DNA from: Octopus bimaculoides
Taxonomy: Eukaryota
Direction of reading: 5' to 3'
Assembly: GCF_001194135.2 (NCBI RefSeq)
Contig: NC_068987.1
Coordinates: forward strand, 110,043,921 to 110,107,689
Length of the DNA stretch: 63,769 nucleotides
Position 1 is the stretch's first letter. The number at the start of each line of letters is the position of its first letter. The notes below the pieces were generated by a model that saw only the letters and a list, made by a program, of their open reading frames with translations, was not told the DNA's origin and did not search any database. The translations under genes were made by a program, and so were the position numbers. This document shows, piece after piece, positions 40,913-52,331 of this stretch.

Positions 40913-41119
40913 GACTGCGTGTGCATCGTTGGCGATTTTCTTTCTCTGTCTTCCCTTCTTTGAACTTTTCCTATATTTCTGATGAAGAGCTCTGCTCGAA
41001 ACGAGAAATCCTCTTTCTTTTCTTTCCTTTCCTGAGCGTCCAATAACATTGTACTTATTCCACGTCCTCGCGTTGTTGTTTTGCCGTGTTTTTTCTTGCT
41101 TGTTCATGTTTGAATTGAC
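40913..41119 (+). mobile_element. Short Penelope-like (pLTR-type) element with a hammerhead-like motif
   Basis: Bounded by (TA)n on both sides; ATTT-CTGATGA-A-GAGC-TCT-GCTC-GAAAC-GAG-AAAT at 40975-41009; T-rich tail. Confidence 0.65.
40975..41009 (+). ncRNA. Minimal type-I hammerhead-like motif (cleavage triplet reads GAG)
   Basis: Stem I AUUU/AAAU, core CUGAUGA, stem II GAGC/GCUC, GAAAC. Confidence 0.6.
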
Positions 41120-41143
41120 TATATATATGTATATATATATATA

Positions 41144-41300
41144 GGGAGAATTCGCAAAAAAACAAACGATGAAGACAGGTGGTGTAGACAACAAACAAAT
41201 GTATTATCTTAACACTCGGGAAGTGTAAAAGTCTTTAATGTTTCGAGCCTACGCTCTTCCACAGAAAGAAACAAGGAGAGAAAATAAAGAATGTGTAGTG
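41144..41300 (-). mobile_element. Short Penelope-like element with a hammerhead-like motif
   Basis: Minus strand TCTTT-CTGTGGA-A-GAGC-GTAG-GCTC-GAAAC-ATT-AAAGA (41232-41269); tail abuts (TA)n. Confidence 0.55.
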
Positions 41301-41437
41301 GACACAGGCCTTTACAAAAGTATATATTCTCCATAGGAGTTCATACCAATATAAGCACCACATTAGCCTCTACAGCTCTGTTTATACACAACAGTAATAT
41401 CCCACAGTATTGTACACATATTACAATAGTTTCTACA

Positions 41438-41479
<42 letters not shown>

Positions 41480-41482
<3 letters not shown>

Positions 41483-41698
41483 TATGTTAGTCCCAACAGT
41501 AGCCCTCTACAATATTATACATCGTACCGTGCACAGTACAATGCTTCCAGAATGCTTTATATCATACTCATCTGATGAAGAGCCATGCTCAAAACGTTAC
41601 ACCTACTCTTCTTTCAATCTTTTACTGAGTGCCAAACTAATACATTTCCTATGTACGTCCTTCTGACTTTTGTTGTTTTGTTATTTTAATTTTCGCTG
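41480..41698 (+). mobile_element. Short Penelope-like element with a decayed hammerhead-like motif
   Basis: CTGATGA-A-GAGC-CAT-GCTC-AAAAC-GTT at 41572-41598; downstream YGAGYG...TAATACATT shared with its neighbours. Confidence 0.55.
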
Positions 41699-42100
41699 TG
41701 TGTGTGCGTGCGCATGCATGTCCTGAATCTATAATAGCTTGTACAATATTATATACTAGCTGACCACATGCCGTCAATAGTGATGGCTAATTGTAGCATT
41801 TTATATATAAATAAGGTACATAATAATCACACATACAAACATTCACATACTTCCCTTGTACACGCGCACACATACACACATATACTCACACAGAGTTGAA
41901 ATGCTGATTCTTTCTTCACCCCTTCCTTCCTTATTCATCTATCACGCCTTCCTCTCTCTCTCATTGCTATTACTTTCTCTCACTCCCTCTCAGTCATGGC
42001 TATTACTCTCACTACTTCTCTTTCACTGAATTACTACTTTCTCTCCTCCTCCACATCTGGCATGATTCTGGACAAATATATATATATATATATATATATA

Positions 42101-42149
42101 TTGTCAAAATATTTTCGTCGCTTTGAGACCGCGACCTCTTCACTGACAA
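42101..42149 (-). ncRNA. Hammerhead-like fold with a non-canonical core
   Basis: Minus strand TTGTCA-GTGAAGA-G-GTCGC-ggtctcaaa-GCGAC-GAAAATATTT-TGACAA: 6-bp stem I, 5-bp stem II, palindromic stem III. Confidence 0.5.
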
Positions 42150-43974
42150 AATTCTGTGCTGCATCACAGAAATTTAATAGACAAATTAAATTTAAATGTT
42201 GAAGTGAATCTAACGGTCTTTGTGTTTTATTTTAAATGGCTTATAAACACCTTCCACGCTGCAATTGTTCCGGCACATGATCTCAGATCAAGTCACTTGC
42301 TATGCAAGTACATCTCCATAATATATATAAACACTACACTCGTTATTATATTAGGAGAAACACAGCGGAATTCCCTCAAATACAATATGCACTATAGTTA
42401 CCAACTGTACACTCAGTTGATACTGAATTCCTGTGATTCCTCGAAACCCTCTGCAATATTGGACAAGTTCAATGGTGGCAGCATCAATCTGTGAACTAAA
42501 AGGCAACAATAGTTTCTTTCTAAATGATCATCGTATAAATAGAGGAATCTCACTAGGTTTGTCTTTTAGGCCTGGCTGGATATAAATAAACTACTGGACA
42601 GAAAAAAGTGTCAGGTCAATTTTATTTCAAAATCTTGAAATGTCTAACTGAATGCACTTTATCAACAATTCTTACAAAGGAATTAAAACAATGAGGTTTA
42701 AATATAAGACAGAAAATAAATAAATAAATGAATAAAATAAAAATGGTTAGGACCAAAAATCTTCAAAAGTTTAGTGCTGTGCAAGTGGGTTAATCAATGT
42801 TGAATGTACTTAAAATGAGGTTTGAACCTGAAAAGCTAAAATAATCCCTCACTTGAAAGTGTAAATGATTAAAAGTCTAGTTTTTCAAAGAGCTTCAAGG
42901 AACAGCAGTCAGGATTTGAAGAAAATAGAGCTTCAAGAAATATGGTGAGGAATGGAAAATGACATTCTCACATCAAAGTCCTTTAGTTAGAGAGAAACAG
43001 TAATGTACAAATAGAATTTCTACTGAATTTCAAACTATACACTTAAATTCCTCAAGTGCTGGCCTTTTAAAAACCTCGAGTGGTTTGGATTGTTTGCAGC
43101 CTGGCAGTCTTTTAGATTTCCAAGCCATGACTAACACTCAAAGAAATCTCAATTTAACTAGTGAGATGCTATTCACACATTTGGCACCAGAACATTAAAT
43201 ACATTACAAAAATAATACACAGAAAATTCTATCAAAGTTTGCCATCTTCTGATGACCTACGAGTTTTCTCATTTCCTTAAAGATGGAACATTGAAACTTT
43301 CTTGAAACTATGGCTGCTCTTTCACTGGAAAGGAAACTCCGACCACATCTTATCTCATCTTCTTCTACCTCATCCAATTTACTTGCAGCACGTCACCTTG
43401 GCACAAGCAGCACTCTCCATTATTATTCCAGCATTGAAACCATGTTCAGGTTACTAAGGCAACTATTTACATAACACATGTGATAACTTCAACAACAACA
43501 ACAGCAACAACAAAAAGAGAACAGAAAATATATTTAAATGGAAAGTAATAAGAGAAAGAAAGAAAGAAAGAAAACAAGAAGGTGCTCTAGAGACACTTTT
43601 TCAAGTCTTCCTCTTCCTCTTCTTTAAATCTCTTCAGTGCGCCGTGATTACCTTTTTCTTTCCTGGGAAAGTGAAAGTGGACAAACCGACATGACAACTA
43701 CCATGTTCTCGCATACCTTAGCTAATTCCACAATTCACTTCTATGTACTCCCAAGACTGTGCAGAAACCATTCTACACCGTCTCTCACAAATTCCAGGCT
43801 ACCAAGCAAATTATCAATGCACAGCAGCTGGACAGGCAACAAACTCCTAAATTAGAACGACAAAACAACAAACTTTAGGGTTATTGTTTAGTTCACAGGT
43901 CAGTCCTAATGTCATCTGACAGACAGGAACCATTTGATCACAGGTTGTGACTGAACTACAACAACAAATTATAA

Positions 43975-44335
43975 TCCTTTCTACTCTAGGCACAAGGCCT
44001 GAAATTTTGGGGGAGGCGGGGCAGTTGATTAGATCGACCCCAGTACACAACTGGTATTTAATTTATCGATCCCGAAAGGATGAAAGGTAAAGTTGACCTT
44101 GGCGGATTAACAAAAACAACAACTAATAATAATAATAATAATCCTTTCCATTGTAAGCACAAGGCCTGATATTTCAGGGGAGGGACAAGTTGATTACAAT
44201 GACCCCAGTGTTTCATTGGTACTTAATTTATTGACCCTGAAAGGATGAAAGGCAAAGTTGACCTCAGTGGAATTTGAACTTACATAGTAAAGACTGACAA
44301 AGTATCACTGACTTGCTAATGATTCTGCCAATTTA
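43975..44335 (-). mobile_element. Two tandem SINE family B copies (43975-44106 and 44142-44335)
   Basis: Each reads AGGCACAAGGCCTGA...GAAAGGATGAAAGG on +; separated by (AAT)n. Confidence 0.85.
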
Positions 44336-44351
44336 CTATTTTGTGGTGATG

Positions 44352-44407
<56 letters not shown>

Positions 44408-45324
44408 ACCAACCACATATATGTATATAATCTAAGTGATTTAATTGGTGGAGACTGATGATTAGGATACAGTCAGGAAGAAAACACATTTATTTAGTAT
44501 TTGTATGAAATAAATAATTTATCAGCTTATATGGATTAAGACATCTTGTTCAAGTGAATATGTCTGATGTCTATGGATTAGTGTGTTAGATCTACTTGCA
44601 CTAATCCAAGCTGAACACTTACTTATTAGCCACAACTTTTGTACTTCTATTGTCTATATCAATTTACTTATTTATTATTATAATTATTGTTGTTGTTGTT
44701 GCGATGATAGTGTAAGTGAGTGCAATAATGTAGTTTGTTACACGTTTCCACTGGCCCTAGTATCATTGGTTCATTGTATTTCCGAAGGAGAGAATAGCAA
44801 GGGATTTTCTGTAATTCAGCAAGGAACAAATATTGCAAAGGACTTCATTTGAAAACAACTGGTTTCCTGTGTATTTTTTTTTTTTTCATTTTTTTTCATT
44901 TTCTTGTCAATGTTTATATCTTTGGCTGATATATGCTGGCAAAAATAAACACACACACACACATTTGGCTTCTACAGTTTCCACCAACCATATTCCACAC
45001 TTTAGGTATTGAGTAATTCAGGGTTTTGGTAGGGGCCACATGCCCAAGGTGCAGTACAGTGCAATCAAACCCGGAATCCGAGCTGACTTAAACGTATTAT
45101 TGGCCTCCAGGGGGAATCAATACACTAGGCTCTATAGTATTTATTTATTGAGGGCAAGTCATAGCATACATAAACCAAGGCAACTGCCCAGTATGACCAC
45201 CCCTTAAGACAGCACTGCCAAGAATTACATGGTATCAAAATGAGCTCATTAACCACAGAGCCATGCCAGAGCTCATTCAGTTATATCCTTTCATCTGAAA
45301 GTATCCTTTATAAATATATATAGG

Positions 45325-45455
45325 AAGGGCATCCAGCTGTAGAAACTCTGCCAAATTAGATTGGAGCCTGGTGTTGCCATCCGGTTTCACCAGTCCTCAG
45401 TCAAATCGTCCAACCCATGCTAGCATGGAAAGCGGACGTTAAACGATGATGATGA
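45325..45455 (+). mobile_element. RTE 3' tail, young, 5'-truncated
   Basis: GGAAGGGCATCCAGCTGTAG...CCCATGCTAGCATGGAAAGCGGACGTTAAACGATGATG. Confidence 0.9.
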
Positions 45456-45710
45456 TATATATATATATATATATATATATANNNNNNNNNNNNNNNNNNN
45501 NNNNNNNNNNNNNNNNNNNNNNNNNNNNNNNNNNNNNNNNNNNNNNNNNNNNNNNNNNNNNNNNNNNNNNNNNNNNNNNNNNNNNNNNNNNNNNNNNNNN
45601 NNNNNNNNNNNNNNNNNNNNNNNNNNNNNNNNNNNNNNNNNNNNNNNNNNNNNNNNNNNNNNNNNNNNNNNNNNNNNNNNNNNNNNNNNNNNNNNNNNNN
45701 NNNNNNNNNN

Positions 45711-45930
45711 GCGGGAAGCACTGTTCCAATGAAGTCGCGTATTATCCTTGCCTTCGAAACGTGGAGTAGATGGAACAGGGACAACTGATGAAGGGTTATA
45801 CTCTTTATGTTGCATGTCTCGTTTCTCTGTTTGTTTTTTTCATTGTTTGAAAAATGTTCGTTTTCTATTTTTTCGTTTTTATGCTTTCGTTTCTCATTGT
45901 GTTTAACATTTTTTTGATGTCCTGTACCCA
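45711..45930 (+). mobile_element. Penelope-like pLTR fragment with decayed hammerhead-like motifs
   Basis: CTGTTC-CAATGA-AG...CTTC-GAAAC-GTG-GAGTAG, a second CTGATGAAG at 45785, T-rich tail ending in (TA)-rich sequence. Confidence 0.45.
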
Positions 45931-46045
45931 TATATGCATGTATGTATACATATAAATGTACGTATGTACATATATGTATGGATATATGCATATATATATA
46001 TATATATTATTTATATTATTATTATATATATATATATATATATAT

Positions 46046-46270
46046 AAAAGACCCCTTTTGGTCATGAATGTCCATGAGATTACACCTAGGAAGTTCCCCT
46101 CCAAGGCACAAGTCCGGGCAAGGTTGTTTATGGAAGACTAGTAGTCACCCATCCATACCTGTCGCCCTCTCTCTACACCACCGATGTTACCTAAGGGAAA
46201 GGCAAAGGCTGATACAGCTTGGCACCAGTGATGTCGCAACTCATTTCTACAGATGAGTGACACCAGAGCA
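46046..46270 (-). mobile_element. SINE-like repeat related to family C in its central block, with a distinct 3' part
   Basis: CAACTCATTTCTACAG...CCAGAGCAAC resembles the family C CAACTCATTTTTGCCAG...CTGGAGCAA block; right side truncated. Confidence 0.5.
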
Positions 46271-46329
46271 ACCTGAGTAAAAGGCAAAAATATTCAGTTT
46301 GGCAATGGAATTTACTGATGTCCCTTTAT

Positions 46330-46520
46330 GCGTCTGTATTTGTCCCCCTCCACCACTTGTCCCTGTGACTTGGCAGTTCAGCAAAACAGACTGATAGAAT
46401 GAGTACAAAGCTTTAAAAAGAAAATAAACAAGTAGTGGGGGTTAATTCATTTGGCTAAAATTCTTCAAGGTACTGCCCCAGCATGGCTACAGTCTAATGA
46501 CTTAAACAAGTAAAAGGTAA
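46330..46520 (+). mobile_element. SINE family A, 3' half, diverged
   Basis: CCAGCATGGCTACAGTCTAATGACTTAAACAAGTAAAAG. Confidence 0.7.
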
Positions 46521-46868
46521 AAGTTATATAGACATAGCTAGCTAACCAGAATGGACAGCAACAGAATACATGTGTTCATGGCTGCATGCACACATGCACA
46601 CACAATCATGTGCATACACTTGCAGCTAGCAAGCCACAGAGAACTTGAAATAAAGTAAATTAATAGTGCACTTTGTTTATTTGCAGCGAGACAAACAAGT
46701 GCAGACACCTGCATTAATGCAATGTAAATCCGAGAGAAAATTAGAAAATAACAACCGAATATATATATANNNNNNNNNNNNNNNNNNNNNNNNNNNNNNN
46801 NNNNNNNNNNNNNNNNNNNNNNNNNNNNNNNNNNNNNNNNNNNNNNNNNNNNNNNNNNNNNNNNNNNN

Positions 46869-46913
<45 letters not shown>

Positions 46914-48120
46914 AACTATAAAAATTACAGAAACATGAAACAAAATGGGGAAAACAAAAACCTGAACACATTAAAATATTCAAATCTCGTATTCCATTGT
47001 AAGTTTAATACGAAACCACTGTTGACAGGCAAGACTGGATCCTTGCAAAGTTGAAACATATATAAGCTGTTGACAATAATAGAAGGTACAGAATGAATAC
47101 AAATGTTTATGGTGTATTTCATCTCGTATACAGGTGCTTTATATATGTTAGGAACTCAAAAGGAAAATTTCAAAGAGTTGAGTAAATAAATTCTAGAAGA
47201 TAAAAAGAATGGTAAATCAGATATTGATGCTCAATGTATTTCTGTTTCATTTCTTTTTTGTTTTTTCTCTCTCTTTCTCAAACTTTAAACTCTTGTATGA
47301 AAGTGCTCTGGTATAATAATATTATGGAAACATTTCGTAATATGTCATATATATGTGCTTTATTGACCACAGCCATGCTGGAGCAACACCTTGAAAGATT
47401 TTGTCAAAGAGATTACTCTGCCAGTACTTTTTTCCTGCTTTTTAAGTTTGGTACTTATAATATTGGTCTGTTTTGTTGAACAATTAAGTTACTAGGAAGT
47501 CTGCTGGTCAGTCGTTTGGCCATTTGGTCCACGACTCAATTTGCCAACTGCTCTATCAGTCAAATGGTCAATCAAGTCAGTCAGGCCATCCATCTATCCA
47601 TCCATCACTCATACCAGTTTAGTACTGTTGCTAATCTTGAAGAGAAAAAGACGGTAATCCTATGAAGCTATTGCCAGACACAGAAACACAATCAGCACAT
47701 AACAACGTGTGCGCACACACACACACACACAAACACACACAAACACAATCATAAAGAGAGACATATACACACACATACAAAACATAAAGAAAAAGACTTA
47801 CTCTCAAACACAACCACAAACACATTCCATCCTACAATTATAAGCACATACAAACACAATGACACACAAGAATATATACACACACGTTACATCACACACA
47901 AACTCATACACATGTGCACACACATTGTGATGTCCAAGAGCAGTTATTACTTATGACAAGCTAAGTGGGCTGTTCTTAATTCAACAAATTATTGGAGTTT
48001 TACAGAAGAACCAAAAAAAAAAAAAAAGAAAGAAAGAAAAAGAGAGAGAGAGAGAAAAGCAGAGTAACTTATTTAACGAGCACAGTAATATTATATAACT
48101 ATATATTGGANNNNNNNNNN

Positions 48121-48220
48121 CCCCCCCCCCCACCCAGTATTTGACTGGTACTTTATTTCATCAACCCTGGGGGAAATAGAAGGCCCAAGTTGACTTCAGT
48201 GGGATTTGAACTGGAACAAA
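48121..48220 (-). mobile_element. SINE family B fragment
   Basis: CCCAGTATTTGACTGGTACTTTATTTCATCAACCC...GGGATTTGAAC. Confidence 0.6.
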
Positions 48221-48257
48221 TACCACATATGATATACGTACATGTGTGTGTGTATAC

Positions 48258-48618
48258 CTTTTTACTCTTTTACTTGTTTCAGTCATTTGACTGCGGCCAT
48301 GCTGGAGCACTGCCTTTAGTCGAGCAAATCAACCCCAGGACTCATTCTTTGTAAGCCTAGTACTTATTCCATTGGTCTCCTTTGCCAAACTGCTAAGTTA
48401 CAGGGACGTAAACACACCACCATCGGTTGTCAAGCGATGTTGCGGAGACAAACACATACACACAAATATGCATACACATATATACATATATATACGATGG
48501 GCTTCTTTCAGTTTCCGTCTACCAAATCCACTCACAAGGCTTTGGTTGGCCCATGCAATGGGAGTGAACCTGGAACCATGTGGTTGGTAAGCAAACTACT
48601 TACCACACAGCCACTCCT
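48258..48618 (-). mobile_element. SINE family A, full length with an internal deletion
   Basis: Tail, body and head present; the CCTTGGGCAAG block is missing. Confidence 0.9.
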
Positions 48619-49023
48619 GTACGTATATAATGTGTACGTGTGTGTGTGTTTGTGTGTGAGTGTAAATACACATGTGTATAGATGTGCGTATATACATATA
48701 TATGTAACCCCCCACATACACATATCTACATTCTCATTTTTCGTATTATTTATTCACCATTACACATGTTTCATTTACTAAGAGGAATTAGAAAATTGTA
48801 CATGTATGAGAAACATATAAGATATCCTCTGTTGGAAATTCTTCAGAAAGAGAATCAATTGATACAAAATTTACATATGGATGAAGTGTTTATTAAGAGT
48901 TGGCAATGAGGAATCCTGTAGACAGTTGGAAAGGAAAGAAAAGAAGGAATCCACTTATACAGAAAAGAAAAGAGAGACTTAGAGATTGATATAATAAGTG
49001 TATACACACACACACACAGATAC

Positions 49024-49058
<35 letters not shown>

Positions 49059-50180
49059 ATCACATGTGTATATACACATACACACATATGCACATGTGAA
49101 TGTATATGTGAGTGTATATANNNNNNNNNNNNNNNNNNNNNNNNNNNNNNNNNNNNNNNNNNNNNNNNNNNNNNNNNNNNNNNNNNNNNNNNNNNNNNNN
49201 NNNNNNNNNNNNNNNNNNNNNNNNNNNNNNNNNNNNNNNNNNNNNNNNNNNNNNNNNNNNNNNNNNNNNNNNNNNNNNNNNNNNNNNNNNNNNNNNNNNN
49301 NNNNNNNNNNNNNNNNNNNNNNNNNNNNNNNNNNNNNNNNNNNNNNNNNNNNNNNNNNNNNNNNNNNNNNNNNNNNNNNNNNNNNNNNNNNNNNNNNNNN
49401 NNNNNNNNNNNNNNNNNNNNNNNNNNNNNNNNNNNNNNNNNNNNNNNNNNNNNNNNNNNNNNNNNNNNNNNNNNNNNNNNNNNNNNNNNNNNNNNNNNNN
49501 NNNNNNNNNNNNNNNNNNNNNNNNNNNNNNNNNNNNNNNNNNNNNNNNNNNNNNNNNNNNNNNNNNNNNNNNNNNNNNNNNNNNNNNNNNNNNNNNNNNN
49601 NNNNNNNNNNNNNNNNNNNNNNNNNNNNNNNNNNNNNNNNNNNNNNNNNNNNNNNNNNNNNNNNNNNNNNNNNNNNNNNNNNNNNNNNNNNNNNNNNNNN
49701 NNNNNNNNNNNNNNNNNNNNNNNNNNNNNNNNNNNNNNNNNNNNNNNNNNNNNNNNNNNNNNNNNNNNNNNNNNNNNNNNNNNNNNNNNNNNNNNNNNNN
49801 NNNNNNNNNNNNNNNNNNNNNNNNNNNNNNNNNNNNNNNNNNNNNNNNNNNNNNNNNNNNNNNNNNNNNNNNNNNNNNNNNNNNNNNNNNNNNNNNNNNN
49901 NNNNNNNNNNNNNNNNNNNNNNNNNNNNNNNNNNNNNNNNNNNNNNNNNNNNNNNNNNNNNNNNNNNNNNNNNNNNNNNNNNNNNNNNNNNNNNNNNNNN
50001 NNNNNNNNNNNNNNNNNNNNNNNNNNNNNNNNNNNNNNNNNNNNNNNNNNNNNNNNNNNNNNNNNNNNNNNNNNNNNNNNNNNNNNNNNNNNNNNNNNNN
50101 NNNNNNNNNTAAGAGCAATAATTAATTTCAAGGGAGACCGTTCTTAACTTTGCTCTAAATTGGTAACAGCAGTAAAGATT

Positions 50181-50249
<69 letters not shown>

Positions 50250-50451
50250 ATACATCTGCATACATGTATGTGTATATACAGCATGTATGTGTATATCTCT
50301 CTCTTTCTCATATATACGTGTATAGGCGTATGTGTGTGTATGTATGTATGTGCATCTGCATGTGTGTCCGATAGGATAAATATATTTTTTTTCCTTTGGC
50401 TTCCAATTAACCATTGTTTGCAGAGATAACAACTGTTAAAGACAATAACAT

Positions 50452-50491
<40 letters not shown>

Positions 50492-51384
50492 GAGAGAAAG
50501 AGAGAAAGAGAGAGAGAAAGAGATAGAGAGGGGGAGAGAGATGTACTACAGTGGACAGGAGAGGCTGATGGTGTTGATGGCTGAGCAAAGGTGACATGGC
50601 TGGTCTCTTTGCTGTATCAACTATTTAGGAATCACAGCTGGGGGTGCGGTGGGGTGGGGGGTGGAGGTGATGGTGGTGAAGGTATGGAATTCTTACAAGG
50701 GAGGTCAAATAGAAAGTAGAAGAGCAGCAGCTGGTAGCTTTACTGTATCACCTGTATATATACATGCGCGTGTGCGCCTGTGTGTGTGTGTCTTGGAGGG
50801 AAACGGTGTGCCAAAGGAAGGAGGTGGGCTAGAAAATAGAAGGGCAGACAGTTTCCCCCATGTCAACAATTTAGGAGTCATAACAGGATTGTGGGGTGTG
50901 TGCAAGAGTGGTGGGGTAGAAAGGGGAAGAGCCAGTTCAGAGATTCACACATATATGCAAACACGTATGTCTATAATTATTTATCTCTTGGAGATTTGCC
51001 AACAGTCACCATTAGGTTTTTGTTTTCTTTCTCTAAATCCCAATTAATTAGATTTCTTTTTTTCTTTTTTTGCTTTCTCATGTCATCTTACTTGAATTAT
51101 ATGGGTCTTGCAGCATGTGATTCTTTTTTGGTAATCCTACAGGACTGCCACATGTATTCTCTAAATTATATTAATTGCTGGTAGGTACATCCTTTTTTAT
51201 TGCACAACCGTAGTATACTAATAAGTATATTAAAGACTTATAAGTCAATATTGTGTCTGACTAGTGTTTTCAGTGTGGTTCAATCACTTTTTTTGAAGTT
51301 ATCTCTACAGATTTTCTGTAGAAATTAAAGACAGCACTAAAAGTTCTGTATAAGAATACAGCTATGTAAACAATGTGACCATCA

Positions 51385-51998
51385 TCATCATCATCATCAT
51401 TTCTGCTTTTCATGCTGGCATGGGTTGAACAGTTTGACTGAAAACTCCTAAGATGGGGAGCTGCACCAAGTTCCAGTCTGATTTTGCATGGTTTCTATGG
51501 GTAGATGGCCTTCCTAATGTCAATCACTCCAAGAGTCAAGTGGGTTCTTTTTCCATACCACTGGCACGGGTGCCATTGACGTGACACCGGCATCGGCCAT
51601 GACTATGATCTCTCTTGGCTTGACTGGTCTTCTCAAGCATGGTATATCGCCAAAGGTCTCGGTCACCTGTCACTGCCTCTATGAGGGGCCATTGCGCAAA
51701 TGGAACTTTTTCAAACAGCACTGGCATTGGCCACAACTGTGATTTCACTTGGCTTGACAGGTCTTCTCATGCACGGCGTATCACCCAACGTTTGAAAGGT
51801 GCTTTTTACATGCCAGTCATGTGACACTGGCATCAGCCATGACTACGATCTCACTTGGCTTGATGAGTTTTCTCAAGCACAACACATCACCAAAAGTCTC
51901 AGTCATTTGTCATTGCCTCCGTGAAGCCCAACATTCAAAGATCATGCTTCACCATCTTGTTCCACGTCTTCCTGGGTTTGCCTCTTCCACAAGTTCCC
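51385..51998 (-). mobile_element. RTE-type LINE 3' end with three copies of its terminal coding segment
   Basis: 51997-51851 reads GTCGRGKPRKTWNKMVKHDL*MLGFTEAMTND*DFW*CVVLEKTHQAK*; further copies ...EKTCQAK* and EAVTGDRDLWRYTMLEKTSQAK; 3'UTR and (GAT)n tail. Confidence 0.8.
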
Positions 51999-52173
51999 AA
52001 GGTAATGGGTGTATATACATATTTGAGGAGTACTTGCTCTCTCATCAGTGCTACATGCAGCCCATTAACCATTCAAGAACACACTGCTTAAACAGCCACT
52101 AAATTCAGTGGTGTAAATACCTCTTGTATACACAGAGTTCAAGATTAATTTGATGACAAATTTATATAGACGT

Positions 52174-52331
52174 AGGACTGGCTGTATGGTTAAGATGTCC
52201 ACTTTGCAACCCTGTTGTTTCAGGTTCAGTCCCACTGTGCAACACCTTGGGCAAGTATCTTCTAATATAGCCATGGGCAGACCAATGCCTTGTGAGTGAA
52301 TTTGGTGGATGGAAACCGTGTGGAATCCCAT

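Noticed and set aside
2990-43270. Other CTGATGA/CTGAAGA hits (about 280, 2992, 3086, 37984, 40045, 43249)
   Set aside because: No stem II followed by GAAA and no closing stem I.
43190-43450. Protein-like minus-strand stretch SKLDEVEEDEIRCGRSF...
   Set aside because: Bounded by stops, no clear splice sites, no family recognised.
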